This document shows, in pieces, positions 15,657-17,287 of a stretch of DNA of 17,287 nt (position 1 is the first letter of the stretch; the number at the start of each line of letters is the position of its first letter). The position numbers and the translations under genes were made by a program. The notes under the pieces are model-generated. The model made no database searches. It was not told the DNA's origin and saw only the letters and a program-made list of their open reading frames with translations. This DNA is from a virus (Duplodnaviria > Heunggongvirae > Uroviricota > Caudoviricetes), in IMG/VR virus record IMGVR_UViG_2713896795_000005, positions 1 to 17,287 of that record, one strand, 5' to 3'.

Positions 15657-15946
15657 TTAGTATCTTAGTAGAACTATTAAAATCTGGTATGGATTTTTTC
15701 ATCAGGAAAAAAATAGTGGAAAAAGAAGTTCAGAAAACTAACGCCGAAGGACAAATAGAAGTAAACAAAGAAGAAATTGAAAGAGTATCATTTCACTGGC
15801 GTAACACACTTGGATTTGTGTTAACTATGATTGTGGCTTACAACTGGTTAATAGTACCGCTGCTAGATGCGTTTGGAATTGTAGTTATTCAAGTCCCATT
15901 AGGAGAATTGCTTACTATCCTACAAATCATGATTGGCGGAGTATAA
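15653..15946 (+). CDS. Small membrane protein (two C-terminal hydrophobic helices)
   Basis: 97-aa ORF overlapping the upstream stop (ATGA). Hydrophilic N-terminal half, then two hydrophobic segments (GFVLTMIVAYNWLIVPLL, IVVIQVPLGELLTILQIMIGGV). Confidence 0.5.
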   Translation: MISILVELLKSGMDFFIRKKIVEKEVQKTNAEGQIEVNKEEIERVSFHWRNTLGFVLTMIVAYNWLIVPLLDAFGIVVIQVPLGELLTILQIMIGGV

Positions 15947-15967
15947 AAACAAAATAAGGATAAAGTA

Positions 15968-16218
15968 ATGGACTACATCGCGTTAGGGGGGCTATTAATG
16001 GCTTTTTTACATTTATGGCTCGTCTACTCTATAGACGAAAACAAGAGATCTTAGAAGCTGAAAGACGTATAAGTGATATTGAAAGTATGCTTCTAGTATT
16101 AGAAACTAAAATAGAAAGTAATGAAGCAGATATTGATGAATTGTATGATTTAGTACGGGATTTATCAAAAATAAAAAGTGACACTTCAAAAATTAAAGGA
16201 ATATTAAAATCTAAATGA
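15968..16218 (+). pseudogene. Frame-disrupted paralogue of the 13537-13863 coiled-coil membrane protein
   Basis: A 28-codon ORF (15968-16054, MDYIALGGLLMAFLHLWLVYSIDENKRS, AAGGA SD) carries the TM helix. The coiled-coil part is in the -1 frame (ORF 16015-16218). One extra A in the A4 run at 16038-16041 would give a single ORF collinear with the paralogue. Confidence 0.5.
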
Positions 16219-16219
16219 A

Positions 16220-16246
16220 GCCCCTTATGGGGCGTTCACTTTTATT
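16220..16246. terminator. Palindromic GC hairpin with flanking T-rich tracts
   Basis: GCCCC (16220-16224), loop TTAT, GGGGC (16229-16233), then GTTCACTTTTATT on the + strand. The - strand side is also T-rich, so it may serve the convergent - strand genes too. Confidence 0.5.
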
Positions 16247-16318
16247 AAAATTTATATATAAGTTTGCTAAAAAAAGTTATTTTTGTGTGCTATTGACTTG
16301 TTTTAATAACTAGTTATT

Positions 16319-16564
16319 TTATTCACATTTCCATATGGTATTTTGTACACCCGTACCGGCGGGTAGATGTGGGTTAACATTAGCACTATGTGTATAGGTT
16401 GCTTTTGATTTTCCATATTGCTTACATGCGGCATCTGCTGTCTTCTGTAAGCTATCTAACCCGTACCATCCGTCTGATTGGATACTGACTGTTTTACCAT
16501 CGTTGTACTGAACCATTGCACAACCAGATACAAGGATTGACATTGCAAATACTATTTTTTTCAT
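16319..16564 (-). CDS. Small lipoprotein, probably outer-membrane (candidate Cor/Llp-type exclusion lipoprotein)
   Basis: Signal peptide MKKIVFAMSILVSG-C with lipobox V-S-G-C and Ala at +2; mature part ~66 aa with two further Cys, one next to the C-terminus. AAAGGG SD upstream on the - strand. Confidence 0.65.
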   Translation of the reverse strand: MKKIVFAMSILVSGCAMVQYNDGKTVSIQSDGWYGLDSLQKTADAACKQYGKSKATYTHSANVNPHLPAGTGVQNTIWKCE

Positions 16565-16606
16565 CCTAAGACCCTTTAATTTATTATTTTATATTCTGTA
16601 GTGTTT

Positions 16607-17287
16607 TTATTTTCTTTCATAACAAAATACATCTTCAAATCTTATCTCTAAATTATTATAAATTTCTATAGCATTTTTATAATTGATGTTTATTTGTTCG
16701 TTGTTTTTTTGCCAACAAAAGTATCTATTAAAATAGGTCATGTCAATTGCAGACTTAATGAAATCTTGAATGCTCTCTCTGGTATTATCTGCGGCTGTGA
16801 TGTAATTAATATACTCTATTTCTGCCTTGCAGTGCATATCCCACGAACCTAACGTTTTTATCTCCACTAATAATTGTGCGACCTCAATATTTAAAGATCT
16901 GCTAAGATCTAATAATTCATTGGCTATATTTTTCATTTTTGTATTTTCAGTTGGAGATAATTCTTTGCACTGTGAGTATTCATCGCAGAAGTTATCATAT
17001 CCACTTTTAAGTGAATGAAGTTTTATAAATGATTGAGTCATGTTCATTAGTATTTTTTCTGCATGTTCAAAACCTTTATTTTTGACTCTATCTTTCAACC
17101 AGTTACGAACACTTAAGGCTGCATATATTGCAGACCCAGCAACTACAGTATCCATAATGGCAGAAACAGTACTGCTTGTAAATTCATGTAAAAATAATAC
17201 ATCTAAGTAGATTGCTGTCAATACACCAAGACTGAAGTACATAATATGTGAAAATTCTATTTTATCAACTAAGACTCTAATATTCAT
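16607..17287 (-). CDS. Membrane protein with two N-terminal TM helices and a ~160-aa soluble domain, unknown function
   Basis: 226-aa ORF whose ATG sits on the last three bases of the window, so the true start may lie beyond it. Hydrophobic segments MYFSLGVLTAIYLDVLFL and AIMDTVVAGSAIYAALSV. Roughly 20-30% GC by spot counts of two 60-nt lines, versus ~30-50% in two tail-gene lines. Confidence 0.55.
   Translation of the reverse strand: MNIRVLVDKIEFSHIMYFSLGVLTAIYLDVLFLHEFTSSTVSAIMDTVVAGSAIYAALSVRNWLKDRVKNKGFEHAEKILMNMTQSFIKLHSLKSGYDNFCDEYSQCKELSPTENTKMKNIANELLDLSRSLNIEVAQLLVEIKTLGSWDMHCKAEIEYINYITAADNTRESIQDFIKSAIDMTYFNRYFCWQKNNEQININYKNAIEIYNNLEIRFEDVFCYERK

Noticed and set aside
15653-15946. 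Canonical holin
   Set aside because: It has two hydrophobic segments, but they sit at the extreme C-terminus with no charged C-terminal tail, and the N-terminal half is a long hydrophilic region. This is atypical for class I/II holins, so it is left as a small membrane protein.
16027-16054. Programmed -1 frameshift joining the two halves of the split paralogue
   Set aside because: No canonical X XXY YYZ heptamer in the overlap (CGAAAAC does not fit) and no obvious downstream structure; a one-base homopolymer change is the simpler explanation.
16293-16321. Sigma-70 promoter (TTGACT at 16293-16298 with a downstream AT-rich box)
   Set aside because: No acceptable -10 hexamer at 16-18 nt spacing, and it would fire antisense into the - strand lipoprotein gene; most likely chance in AT-rich DNA.
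16319-16564. o-spanin partner for the 13537 coiled-coil protein
   Set aside because: It is ~2.5 kb away on the opposite strand in a compositionally distinct segment and is not proline-rich; an exclusion-type lipoprotein fits better, though a spanin role is not excluded.

Overview
This window looks like the tail-morphogenesis and lysis region of an AT-rich tailed phage or prophage with a lambda/T1-like siphovirus tail module; all calls are from reading the sequence and ORF track, with no database search. Gene order on the + strand: a 1214-aa tail fibre with tail-fibre repeats and a C-terminal intramolecular-chaperone domain; a small tail gene split by a group I intron; a G/GT-type chaperone pair with a -1 frameshift site; tape measure protein; three minor tail proteins; a lambda-J-like tip protein; three small ORFs; and a membrane-anchored coiled-coil protein. 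A T4-type lysozyme lies convergent on the - strand, followed by a translationally coupled four-gene + strand block of unknown function and a frame-disrupted paralogue of the coiled-coil gene. The window ends with a very AT-rich - strand pair (lipoprotein plus 2-TM membrane protein) that looks like an acquired exclusion-type cargo. The most notable items are the ORF-less group I intron at 3920-4189, the tube-like domain shared by the giant fibre and the intron-containing gene, the homopolymer-linked frame anomalies in the two coiled-coil paralogues, and the terminal - strand module. No tRNA, rRNA, CRISPR array, integrase or transposase was recognised.
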